NCBI GenBank assembly: GCA_043775015.1
Contig: JAYVSV010000047.1
Coordinates: forward strand, 67,876 to 131,875
DNA: 64,000 nucleotides
Direction of reading: 5' to 3'
Source of the DNA: Verrucomicrobiota bacterium
GTDB taxonomy: Bacteria > Verrucomicrobiota > Verrucomicrobiia > Limisphaerales > CANJXF01
In this document: positions 46,001 through 58,000 of the stretch, in pieces
Position numbering within the stretch: the stretch's first letter is position 1
Layout of the letters: each line of letters starts with the position of its first letter
Program-made: the position numbers and the translations under genes
The notes under the pieces: generated by a model
Databases searched by the model: none
What the model was told of the DNA's origin: nothing
What the model saw: only the letters and a program-made list of their open reading frames with translations

Positions 46001-49000
46001 GGACTGGCGGTAGGAGGTGTGCCAGATGCTGCCATTGTGGCGATTCGTTCCGCTTTCGAAATCCGAAATTGCACCTTCGAGGATAACCGTACGGCAGGAC
46101 GTGGGGCCGCCGTTTATTCCACGGGAACCGCCTATGGCCCCATCCTCACTAACTGCGTTTTCACGGACAACCACGCGACTCAAGATGGCGGCGCGATATT
46201 TTATGGCTCGCGCTTGTGGGCGCGGAACTGTCAGTTCCTAAACAATAGCTCTGGTGGTTCAGGCGGCGCGGTCTGGCTCGACTCCGCTTTTGGTTACTTC
46301 TGGAATTCGTTGTTCGCAAATAACGCGGCCACCAATAACTCCGCGAATGGCGGCGCGATTTATTCTTCCGAGGCGGACCTCGTGCTTTACAGTTGCACGC
46401 TGGCAAATAACCAGGTCCGTTCCAGTTCACCGACGACACGCGGCGGGGCCGCTGTTTATTTTGTAAATAACGGCGCGAATAAATATTTCTCAGCGAAGGA
46501 ATGCATCTTCTGGCAGAACCGGGTCTTGAATTCCTCCGCCAGCCTCGAACGCCAGCAATATAGTTACGTGGTTCCAGATTCCCAGAAACTGTTTTACGTC
46601 CGCGATAGTATTGTTGAAGGCGTTCAGCCGGCGGCCCCTTATCAGCCTGATCCGCGCAATCTGGATCTCGACCCGCAATTCGTCGATGCCACGGGCGGAA
46701 ACTTCCGGTTGCGACCTTATTCACCTGCGATTGATGCGGGCCAGCGCGAACTCGGAGGCAGCGATCCAAATATTGATTTGGACGGTTTCCCGCGAGTGGC
46801 CAATGTGCGACTGGATTTGGGCGCGTACGAATTTCAAGATGCTCCCATCTTCATAAGTGCTGATCTGAAATTGACCCGTGAATGCAGATCTGAGGGGTCG
46901 ATCATTTATCTTACATTTACCAATGCGTCGGCGTTGGGAACGAATGGAGTAGGCCTGAGTTTTCAATGGCAATTAAACCGCAATGATGGAAATGGATTTC
47001 TTCCGATCACCAATGGATCAGATTACGCCGGAGTGACGACAACCAACCTGACAATTCTTCATCCGTCATTTGAGAACAACGGTTATCGCTACCGAATTTT
47101 TGCGACCAATCCCAACCTGTCCTTTTCTTCCGGCAGCGCTTATCTGTTCGTTCAACCTTCCCGACTGTATGTCAAAGCCGACGCCACCGGCAAAGGAACT
47201 GGCCGTGATTGGACCAATGCTTTTCCCACCTTGCGCGCGGCGCAAGATGCAATTGATTTATTTGAGCCGGAATTGATTTGCGCTGAAGTGTGGGTGGCAG
47301 CGGGAACCTATCTTCCGACGAGCGACGGCGATACGAATAAAACTTTTTACCTCCGTCCCAATGTGGCTTTTTACGGCGGCTTCGGCGGTTGGGAAACTAC
47401 TCGGAGCCAACGGAACTGGCGCACGAACCTCACGATTCTGAGCGGCAATCTTGGAAATCCCGCCAGCATCAGTGACAACAGCCTGACTCTCTTCCGCGCT
47501 CCTTCTCAACCACCCGTTGATGCAACGGCGATCCTCGATGGATTTATTTTGAGGGACGCGCAATATCACGCGCTCGATTTGCTCGCGGGCAGTCCCATAG
47601 TTCGGAATTGTGATTTCGTCAGCAACCTGTGCGACTCGGCCGTGAGCAGTTGGCAGTCAGCCCCGCAATTTGAAAACTGCAGATTCATGGATAACGTTTC
47701 CGTGTTTTCCACATTCCGCAGCTTCAGCGCCACGAACACATTGATTAATTGTCTTTTCGCGCGAAATCAATCGCCTCATTTAGGCGGCGCGATTTCGTCC
47801 TATTCCTCGAAAATGATTTTGCAGAACTGCACCATCGCAGATAATCACTCGGAGAACGACGGCGGCGGAATTTATCTTCAAGGAAACGGCGGACAATTCA
47901 CTCTGATCAGTTCCATCCTGTGGGGCAATCAATCGGGATCGGACGCGAGTGCGTTCGCCGCGCAAATTCATAACGATCACAACGCCGCCAGCGTTACGCT
48001 CTCCAACTCGATTGTGAGCGGTCTGCCTTTGCCCGCGATCAACGGCAATCAAGCTTTCGATCCATTGTTTGTTGGTTCTGCCAATTACCAACTCACCGCT
48101 TTCTCGCCTGCAATCAACGCCGGCGGGCCAACGAATTCTTTGACCGTTCAAACTGATTTGGCGGGAACGAATCGCGTGACTGGCGGCGCGGTGGATTGCG
48201 GCGCTTATGAATTTCAAGGCACGCCGGCAATTACTCCGGCGCTGCTGGTGCAATTGCCCAACCCCGTGACGACGTGCGTGGGCGCTGGGCCAGTCGGTTT
48301 CACGGTGGTGGGCACAAACAATCCCGAGATCGTTTACCAATGGCAGGTTAATTCCGGCGGCGGCTTCGTGACTTTATCCAACAACGCGACCTACACGATT
48401 TCGGTTTCCAGCAACAGCTCGACGCTCACCATTCCAAGTCCGACACTGGGCCTGAACAGCAATCTTTATCGCGTTACCATTCCCGCAATCAACTACACGA
48501 ATCCAGCCGTTTCCCTGACCGTGCTTCCGCCGAGTGTGTTGTATGTGAATGCGTCCGCCAGCGGTTCCACCAATGGAAGTTCGTGGGCCAACGCCTTCAC
48601 GCAATTGGAAGATGCGCTCGATATTGCAAACGGCTGCAATGAAATCTGGGTCGCGCAAGGAACGTATCAAGCGCGCACCGACCAATTTAATTTCCGACCT
48701 AACGTGCCCCTCTATGGCGGATTTATTGGAACCGAAACATTGCGCAACCAACGAAACTGGACAAACCATCCAACCGTGCTTCTGGCAAAAACCAACTCCG
48801 TGATTTTTCGGGGCAGGGGCGATTTGCAACTCATCGATGGCGCTTCCGTGTTGGATGGATTCAATTTGCACAGCGCGCAAATTGTTCCCGCCATTTCGCT
48901 CTATCAGGCCAGCCCAGTCATCCAAAACTGCACCTTCGAAAATCTTCCCGGCTCGGCGATGGACAACAGCTTCTCCAGTCCGGCGATCAGCAATTGCGTG

Positions 49001-52000
49001 TTCACCGCCTGCCAGGGAGGCGCGGTCCGTAATAGCCGCTGCGCACCGACGTTCATGAATTGTTTGTTCGCGCGAAACACAAACGGGAGCATCGGCGGAG
49101 CGATCTTCAACAACGCCGCCAGTCCATCGATTGAAAATTGCCGATTCGAAACCAACTCTGCGACGTCGGGCAGCGCGATTGAAAATGACAACGGCTCCAG
49201 CCCTGTTATTTCACGCAGCGTGTTCGTTGGAAATCGCAGCAGCAGCGGCGGAACAGTTTTCAACAATGTCGGCACCTCCGTTCAACTGATCAATTGCCTG
49301 TTCGCGGCTAACCAGTCAGACCATCTCGGCGCAGCGATTGCCAACAATGGCGCAGAACTCCTGCTGCTGAATTGCACGATGGCCAACAACCAGGCTGCGC
49401 GCGGCGGCGGTGGCATGTTTGTTTACGGCGGCCACGTCACCAGCGTGAATTCCATTTTTTGGGGCAACAGCGTGCAAGACCTCACCTTCATTCCAAACCG
49501 CGAAGTCGAACAAATTGGAACAATGCCGGGCGCAACTTTGTCCGTCACCAACACGTGCATCGAAGGATTGTCCGCTTACGTCGGCAACGGCAATGTTCGT
49601 TATGATCCACTCTTCACTGACGCTGGCGGCGGAAACTTCCGGCCCGGTGCCTCTTCACCCGCGTTAAACAGCGGCAACAATAGTGCGGTCGCCGATGTCG
49701 CCGCTGATCTCGACGGCAGTTCTCGCATCTTCGGCGGCTCGGTTGATCTGGGTGCTTACGAACGTCAGTCCGCTGCTGGCTCAATTGTCCTTTTACTTGC
49801 CGCGCCAAAATCTCAAAGCGTCTGCATCGGAGAAACTGCAACTTTCACCGCCATCGCGGAAACAAATTATGGCGGCGCGTTGCAATGGCAGGTGAACACC
49901 GGCAGCGGATTCATCGATGTCGTGGCCGATAGCACGCATCAATTCACAGTCAGCAACGGCGTTTACACGCTTCAGGTTTTGAACACGACGGTGCTGATGA
50001 CCGGGCGTAATTACCGGGTCAAAGTTGCGGCAGCAAATTATGAATCATCGAGCGCGATGCTGATTGTGTCACAGCCGGGCGTGATCTACGTGAAGGCCAA
50101 TGCGGTTGGCGCGAACAACGGTTCTTCCTGGGCGGCGGCCTACACGAATTTGCAGCAAGCGTTCGCGCAGGGAAATCGTTGTTCCGAAATCTGGGTCGCG
50201 CAGGGAACCTATCCCGCAACGCAAGCCGCCGATGGCACTTACTTTTTCTCGATGAAACCGGGCCTCGAAGTTTACGGCGGATTCGCGGGAACAGAAATTA
50301 ATCGCACCGACCGAAATCCCGCTCTCTACAAATCCATTTTGGTTGGAGTCGCCGGTGCCGAGGCGGTGGTCGTGAGTCGCGGAGATTTTTGGACGATCAA
50401 CGCCAGTTCCGTTTTGGATGGTTTCGTCATTCATGCGCCCGACAGCCACGGCATCAAAAATTTTCGGGCAAGCCCGACTATTCGTCAGTGCATGATTGAT
50501 AGCCAAAAAGGCGTGAGCGTCGCCGAGGCCATAGCCGGCGCGGGAATTTATAATCTGAATTCGTCCTCGCCGATTATCAGCGATTGCGTGCTGACCAACA
50601 ATTCATCCGGCGGCATTGTTAATTTCAACTCGTCTTCGCCGCAGATTTCGAACTGTGTTTTCCAGGCCAATAATAATTCCGGAATCATCAACGTCTCTGA
50701 CTCGAATCCGACGATCAACGGTTGCGCATTCGTGAACAATCACGCGATGAACGGCGCGGGGATTTTCAACCAAAACTCGTCGCCGCTCATCCGACGCAGT
50801 CGTTTTGAAAGCAACGTCGCCACCAATGAAGGCGGCGGCATTTTCACCATCTCCGGCACGCCAGTGTTGGAACAACTCGTGATGCTAAACAATCAAGCCG
50901 TGCGCGGTGCAGCGATGTCGCACGCCGGTGGCCTCGTGAAATTGGTGAACTCCACGCTCTATGCAAATCAAGCCAGTGGCGAAGCCGGTGGATTGTTTGG
51001 CAATGGCGCTGGCATCCAGGTGTTGAACTCAATTCTCTGGGCCAACACGGCCGGAGTCTCGGGACCCACCGTTGAACAAGCCCAGATTCAAATCAACGCG
51101 GGCACAGTGGCAATTTCAAATTCTTGCGTGCAGGGACTCAACGCCTTCGCTGGCAACGGCAATATTTCGACAGACCCGTTGTTCGTTAATCCGCCGTTGG
51201 GAAATCTATCGCTCGCGCCTCATTCGCCCTCGATCAACATCGGCAACAACAGTTTTCTCACTTCGGCAATGGCCATCGATTTCGCAGGCAACCCGCGAAC
51301 TAACGGCATCGTGGTTGATCTCGGTGCTTACGAAGCGACATCGGTTTCACCGCCCGTCACAATTTTTTCCACACCAATTTCAACGACGGTTTGTTCCGCC
51401 AGTCCCGCGAGTTTCACGGTCGTCGGCGCTGTTCCGGGAACAAATTTTATCTGGCAGGTTTACGACGGCACAAATTTCGTGGATGTGATTTCGAATTCCA
51501 CGTATCAAGTCACCAACGGCACCAACAGTTCGGTTTTAACGGTCAGTTCTGCACAAGCCGGATCGAATTACCAAATTCGTTTTCGTGTCAGCGGCACAAC
51601 GTTCACGTCGGTCCCCGTAACTCTGCAAGTGAGTCTTCCACAATTGTGGTACGTCAACGCGACGGCGACCAACGGCACGGGCGACGGTTTGTCGTGGTCG
51701 AATGCCTTCACGGACCTGCATCACGCGATGGAAGAAGTGCCCGATTGCTCGGAAGTTTGGGTGGCGGCGGGAACCTATATCGCCATGCAAGGAGAAATGT
51801 TTCATCTGCGTTCGGCCGTTGCATTTTATGGCGGCTTCTCCGGAACGGAAACCAATCGAAATCAACGCGACTGGGTTCAGCATCAAACCATCCTGGCCGC
51901 CTCGCCCGATTCGGACATGATGCATAACAACGGCGGAGAAACGTCGGTTGACCGCACGGCCATTCTGGACGGTTTCGTTATCAGCAATGCAGGCAATGTT

Positions 52001-55000
52001 TCTGCCGCGATTCAAAACCACGCCGCTTCACCTACCATTCGGAATTGCGTCTTTGCAGGGAACAATCAACGAGCCGTGCTCAACAGCGACGCGTCGCCTG
52101 CGTTCGTGAGTTGCGTTTTCAGCAACAACTCCGGTGGCGGCGTGTTGAACTGGGACAGCACGGTGGAATTCGAGCAATGCGTTTTCTCCGGCAACGGCAT
52201 CAGCGACGGCACGGTCGGCGCGGTTTACAATCAGACATCGTCCACCCAGTTCCGCGATTCCATTTTCAAAAACAATGCGGCGTTGCGCGGCGGAGCCATT
52301 GCCAACGTTTTGAGCAGCACGTCTGTCGTGGAGCGTTGTTCGTTTGAAAATAATTCAGCGAAAGTAGAAGGCGGCGCAATTCTCGGGCGGCAATCCAGCG
52401 TCAGTGTGCGGAACAGCGTGGTGGCCAATAATCGCTCGGCGGGTTACGGCGGCGCGATTGCCAATCTCAGCGGGCAACTGGAATTGGTGCAATGCACGCT
52501 CGCAGAAAACACGGCGGCGTTCAGCGGGGGCGGTGTTTACGGCAACGCTTCGCAAAGCACGGCGAGAAATTCCATTCTCTGGGGTAACCGGGTTAACACC
52601 CATGGCTCGACGTTGCAGCAGGCGCAATTGCTCGACGACAACGGAATTCTGAGCGCGACAAATTCCATCATCGAAGGATTTACTGCCGTGTCGGGCGCAA
52701 ACAACTCCGCTGCGAATCCAATTTTTGTGAATCCCGTCGCTGGTGATTTTTCTCTGATGAAAAATTCGCCGGCGATTAATTCGGGCAATGCTACGGAAAC
52801 TCTGGCGGGTTCCATTGATTATCCCGGTCAACCTCGTTTGGTTGGTGGCGGACTCGACCGCGGCGCTTTTGAATTCCAGAGTGCTCCCGGTGCTGCACTG
52901 CTTTTCGCCCGACTTCCGCAGTCGCAAACAGTTTGTGAAGGAAACTCGGTGAGTTTTGAAGTCGTGTCGCTCGGCAGCAGCAACGGCGCGCTGCAATGGC
53001 AGAAATTTTCGGGCAGTGTGTTTACGAATATTTCGAACGCTGGAAGTTACGCGATCACAACCAACGGGCCGACCAATTCGCTCGCGATTTCTCAAGCCAC
53101 GTTGAGCATGGACGGAAATTTGTTCCGCTTCGTTATTCCAAGTTCGGATTACACGTCGCCGGAAATTACTTTGCACGTCAACGCGGCTTCGGTCGTTTAC
53201 GTGAACGGCAGTAATGCGGTTTCTGGAAACGGATTCACCTGGGCTACTGCCGTCAAAACATTGCCGGAGGCCGTTGCGCTTTGGACGCCGTGTTCTGAAA
53301 TCTGGGTCGCTGCCGGAACGTATGTGCAAACCAACAACGCCGGTTTTGGTGTCTCGCTCGCTTTGCCGTCGCCCATGCGAATTTACGGCGGATTCGTCGG
53401 CACGGAAACCAATCGCAATCAGCGTAACTGGCCGGCCAACGTGACCCGCCTCGCCACCTCCAGCACTCGGCCATTGTTTGAAAATTTCGGAAGCCTCGCG
53501 ACGATCGACCATTTGGCCGTGCTGGACGGGCTGACTTTTTCTGGCGCAAAAGGCAATGCGATTTTCAATCACCTGGCTTCTCCCACGATTCGCAACTGCA
53601 CCTTTGAAAATAATTCGGTAGCGATATTTAATTCGCAACAATCCAGCCCGCTGATCGCGAATTGCGTGTTCCGCAACAACACGAATCTTTTTGGCGGCGC
53701 GGTTTACAGTCACGCTTCGTCACCGACGATTGAGGATTGCGTGTTCCAGAATAATCGATCTCTCGAACGGGGCGGCGCCATGCTGATGATCGGCGGCAAC
53801 GCGGTCGTAACCCGATCTCAATTCCTGAATAACCGCAGCGAAAAATTCGGCGGCGCGATTTTCGTCGAAGGCGACGGTTACATGTCGGTGGCGCAATCTT
53901 CATTTGTCAGCAATAGCGCGGCGGATTGGGGCGGTGCGTTTACCATCTCCGAAAGCGCCGGGATTATTTCCGATTGTTTGTTCGCGCGGAACCGTTCGGA
54001 TTATCGCGGCGGTGCCATCACGGTTTTGGCATCGGACGTTGCAGTTAAAAACTGCACGATCGTGGAAAACGAAGCGGGATGGACTGGAGGCGGAATTCAA
54101 GTTTACGACCCGGGTTTGACCATCACGAATTCCATCCTTTGGAGCAATCGCCAGGGCAATACGCAGGAAAGTTTGGAACGCAGGCAAATCGCTTATTCGT
54201 TGAGTGCAACTCCTGTTGTCGTCAACACAGTCGTCGAAGGACTCGATGCGCTCAGCGGAAATGGGAATCAAAACTTTGATCCGCTTTTCGTAAATGCTGC
54301 GTTCGGAAATTTTCGACTCACACAATTCAGTCCGGCGATTAATTCGGGCGTTGGCATCGCTGCTGGAACGACTGACCTCGATGGCAATCCTCGTGTTGTG
54401 GACGGAACTTTGGATCGCGGCGCTTTTGAGTTTCAAACCGCCACAGGAACTGACCCGCGATTTTACCTCTACCAAATGCCGCAGTCAGCGACGGTCTGCG
54501 TCGGCGATTCCGCCTTTCTGTCGTTTACGTTCCTGCCAAATCCGGTGTTGAGTTACATGTGGCAACTCAACACGGGCAGCGGTTGGTCCACTGCGCCGAT
54601 TAACAACGGAACGTATTTCCTCACCGTCACGACCAATTCGTCCACGCTGATGGTTTCGAACGTGACGGTAGGAATGAGTGGAACGCAATACCGGTTTATT
54701 GCGTCGTCGAATAATTTTCCAAGCACCTTCGCATCGCCGCCCGCAACGATCACCGTTTCTGTTCCCGGCGTTCTGTTCGTAAAACAAAACGCCGTGGGCA
54801 ATAACTCCGGCACGGATTGGGCGAACGCCTTCACGAATCTGAATCTCGCCATCAACGCGGCCAATCGTTGTTCAGAAATTTGGGTGGCGAGCGGCAATTA
54901 TCTGCCTTCAACAAACGGCGCAGTGGCGATGAAAGACGGCGTCGAAATTTACGGCGGATTCGCTGGCGCAGAAACCTCCGTTTCACAACGCAACTGGACG

Positions 55001-58000
55001 AACAATCCGACAATACTCAGCGGCAACAGTGCGAGCGGCTACCTCGTCAACAACGGATTCTATGCTCCAGTGACGCGCGCCGCCGCGCTCGATGGATTTA
55101 TCATCACCGGCACGAACCTGACTACCGGCCTTGTGAACACACACGCCAGTCCGACCATTCGCAACTGCCAGTTTATCAGCAATCGCTACATCGCTTCGTC
55201 TGTCACCAGCGATTCTCATCCGTTGTTCGAAAATTGTTTGTTCTACAGCAATAATTTTGGAGCGATCGATATTCGCGACAACAGTTCGGCCGTCATCACA
55301 AATTGCGCTTTCAACGGCAACACGACTGAAGGACAGGGCGGCGCGTTGAGCGTTTTGAATTCCACAGTGGTCGTGGACAGAAGTAGTTTTGCTTCCAATT
55401 TCTCGGCATACGGCGGCGGCGCAATTTTCCTCAACCAAGGCGGCGGTATCACTGCGCGGCACTGCATTTTCACTGGCAACTCCGCCAATGGCGAAGGCGC
55501 AGCCCTCCTCGCTGAACCGGGTGCGAGTGTCGTCACAATGACCAACTGCCTGATCGTTCGGGGTTCGGCGTTCACGGGCGGCGGCGTTTCCAGTTACGCA
55601 CCGATTACGGTGGTGAACTGCACTTTCGCAGCGAACACGGCTTACGCGCGTGGCAGCGGTTTGTTCATCAGCGGAACCACCGGCTCAGTGCGCAACACAA
55701 TTCTTTGGGCTAACTCCGACACTTACTCCGCATACGGCAATTTGGAACTGGCGCAACTCGAAGCGCCCGGTGCCACAATTTTAATTGCGAATTCAGTTCT
55801 CCAAGGTCTGTCGAATTACGTCGGCAATTCCAACGTGCCTTACGATCCATTGTTCGTTGATGCCGCACAAAATAATTTTCGATTGCAGGACAATTATTCA
55901 CCCGCCGCGAACGCGGGAAATAATTCTTACATCGCCGGAGTCGGTTCAGATCTCGACAACAACGCACGCATTTTCTCCAGCACAGCCGTGGACATCGGCG
56001 CTTATGAGTCGCTGACGTTCAGCGGCACGCCGGTTTACATTTTGAAACAGCCGGAGTCGGTCGTCACTTGCAACGGCGAAACCGTTAACTTCTCCGTCAC
56101 TGGCGCATCCGGAATGGGAGCTGGATTTACGTGGCAGAAAAAATCGCCGGGCGGAATTTTTGAGACGGTGGTTGCTGGCGGAAATTACAGCATCGCGACA
56201 AACAATTCTTCGTCCACGCTCACGATTCAAAATGTCAGCACGTCGCTCAGCGGTTCCGAATTCCGAATTCGTTACCTCCCGCCTTCCGGTCAATATTTCA
56301 GTCCGCCCGCGCAACTCACGGTCACTGCGCCAAAAGTTATTTTCGTCAAAGCAACCGGATACGTTGATGGCGACGGCGAAAGTTGGTCCACCCCTTACAC
56401 CTCGCTTCAAACCGCCTTGGCCGCCGCCAGTTCCTGTCGCCCCGAAATTTGGATTGCTGCTGGAACTTACTATCCAACCGCCGGCACGAACCAATCGGAC
56501 AGTTTCGACATTCCAAATGGCATTCGTGTCTATGGCGGTTTCGCCGGAACAGAGACGTTGTTGTCTCAACGCAATTGGACGAGCAATCAAGTGGTATTGA
56601 GCGGCGACATTGGCGCGATTGGAAATACAAACGACAACAGTTCGTATGTCGTTTCGTTCAATGGATTGGGGAACCCGATCAATCAATCCACGATTCTGGA
56701 CGGAGTCACAATTGAACGAGGTCAGAGCGCCGGCCTGATTATCTTTTACGCCAGCCCGACCGTGCGCAATTGCGTGGTCCGATCCAATAACGGCTCCGGC
56801 CTCAACCTTACCGGCGGCGGACCACGGGTGGAACAATGCACCTTCCACTCCAATCGCGGCGCGAGCGGCGCCAACGTGACCGACGCGGTGAATGCGGCGT
56901 TTGTGAACTGCCATTTCTCGGGCAACACGTCCGCATCTCTCGGCGGCGGCATTTCTTTGGTGAACAGCACAGTCGGTTTGACGAACTGTCTTGTCTCCGG
57001 GAACACCGCCTCGTTTGGTGCCGGTGTCGGGTCCTTCGGCGGCACAGCCTCGATGATCAATTGCACCGTCGTGGGAAGTGCTTCGACGGGAAGTTCCGGC
57101 GCGGGCCTGGGTGCGTCCAGCGGAAATTGGTCGGTGCGCAACAGTATTCTCTGGGGCAATCGTGCAGGCGCGTTGGAAACCGAAGCCGCGCAATTATCAT
57201 TCTCCGGCAGCTTCAGCGTGAGCTACACGGCGATCCAAGGATTGTCCGGTTTCAACGGAAATTTCAATCAAGGTGCCGATCCTATTTTCGCCGCCCCGGT
57301 TTTAGCCACCCTCGCTCCCACACTGCTTGGCGACTACACGCTCGGAACTTGCTCAGCGCTGCTGAACGACGCCGACGCCAGCGCTCTCGCCGGGATAACC
57401 AACGATCTCGCCGGGAATCCACGCCAGGCCAACGGAGGTCCTGATCCGGGCGCATTCGAATTGCAAACACTCGGCGGCGATCCGGTCTATATCGCTTCTC
57501 AGCCAACCAATATTATTTATTGCTCTTCGCAATCGAATTTTTTCCAGGTGACGGCCTCGTTTTCAAATCTCAATGTGCTGACTTACCAATGGAAAATATT
57601 TGATCCGAACAGCGCGACATTTCTCCCCGTGACAAACAGCGCGGTATTCTCAGGCGCGAATACGCCGAAGCTCGATGTCCAGTCGCCCACGCCTGATCTC
57701 AGCGCCGCACAATTTCGCGTTACCGTCACGACGCCGATTGGATGCTCCGCTATTTCGCAATCCGCCCAATTGCTAATTCCCTCTCAGCAAACGTACGTGC
57801 GCGCCGGCGCTCCTCCTGGTGGCAACGGACTTTCGTGGGCCACCGCCTACACCAATTTGCAGTCAGCAATTCTTTCCACATGCGCCCCGGAAATTTGGGT
57901 GGCCGAAGGCACCAACTTTTCGAGCACTGCTTTTACATTGCGCAACGGCGTGGCGGTTTATGGAGGGTTTACTGGCACGGAAACGAACCGAAACCAGCGC

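Noticed and set aside
52355-57193. Long antisense ORFs inside the giant gene (452 aa at 52355-53713, 415 aa at 55946-57193, and many shorter ones)
   Set aside because: The repetitive GGC/GCC/AAC-rich codon usage of the giant ORF suppresses stops on the opposite strand. The translations are R/A/V-rich with no motifs. The plus-strand frame has coherent ten-fold domain periodicity.
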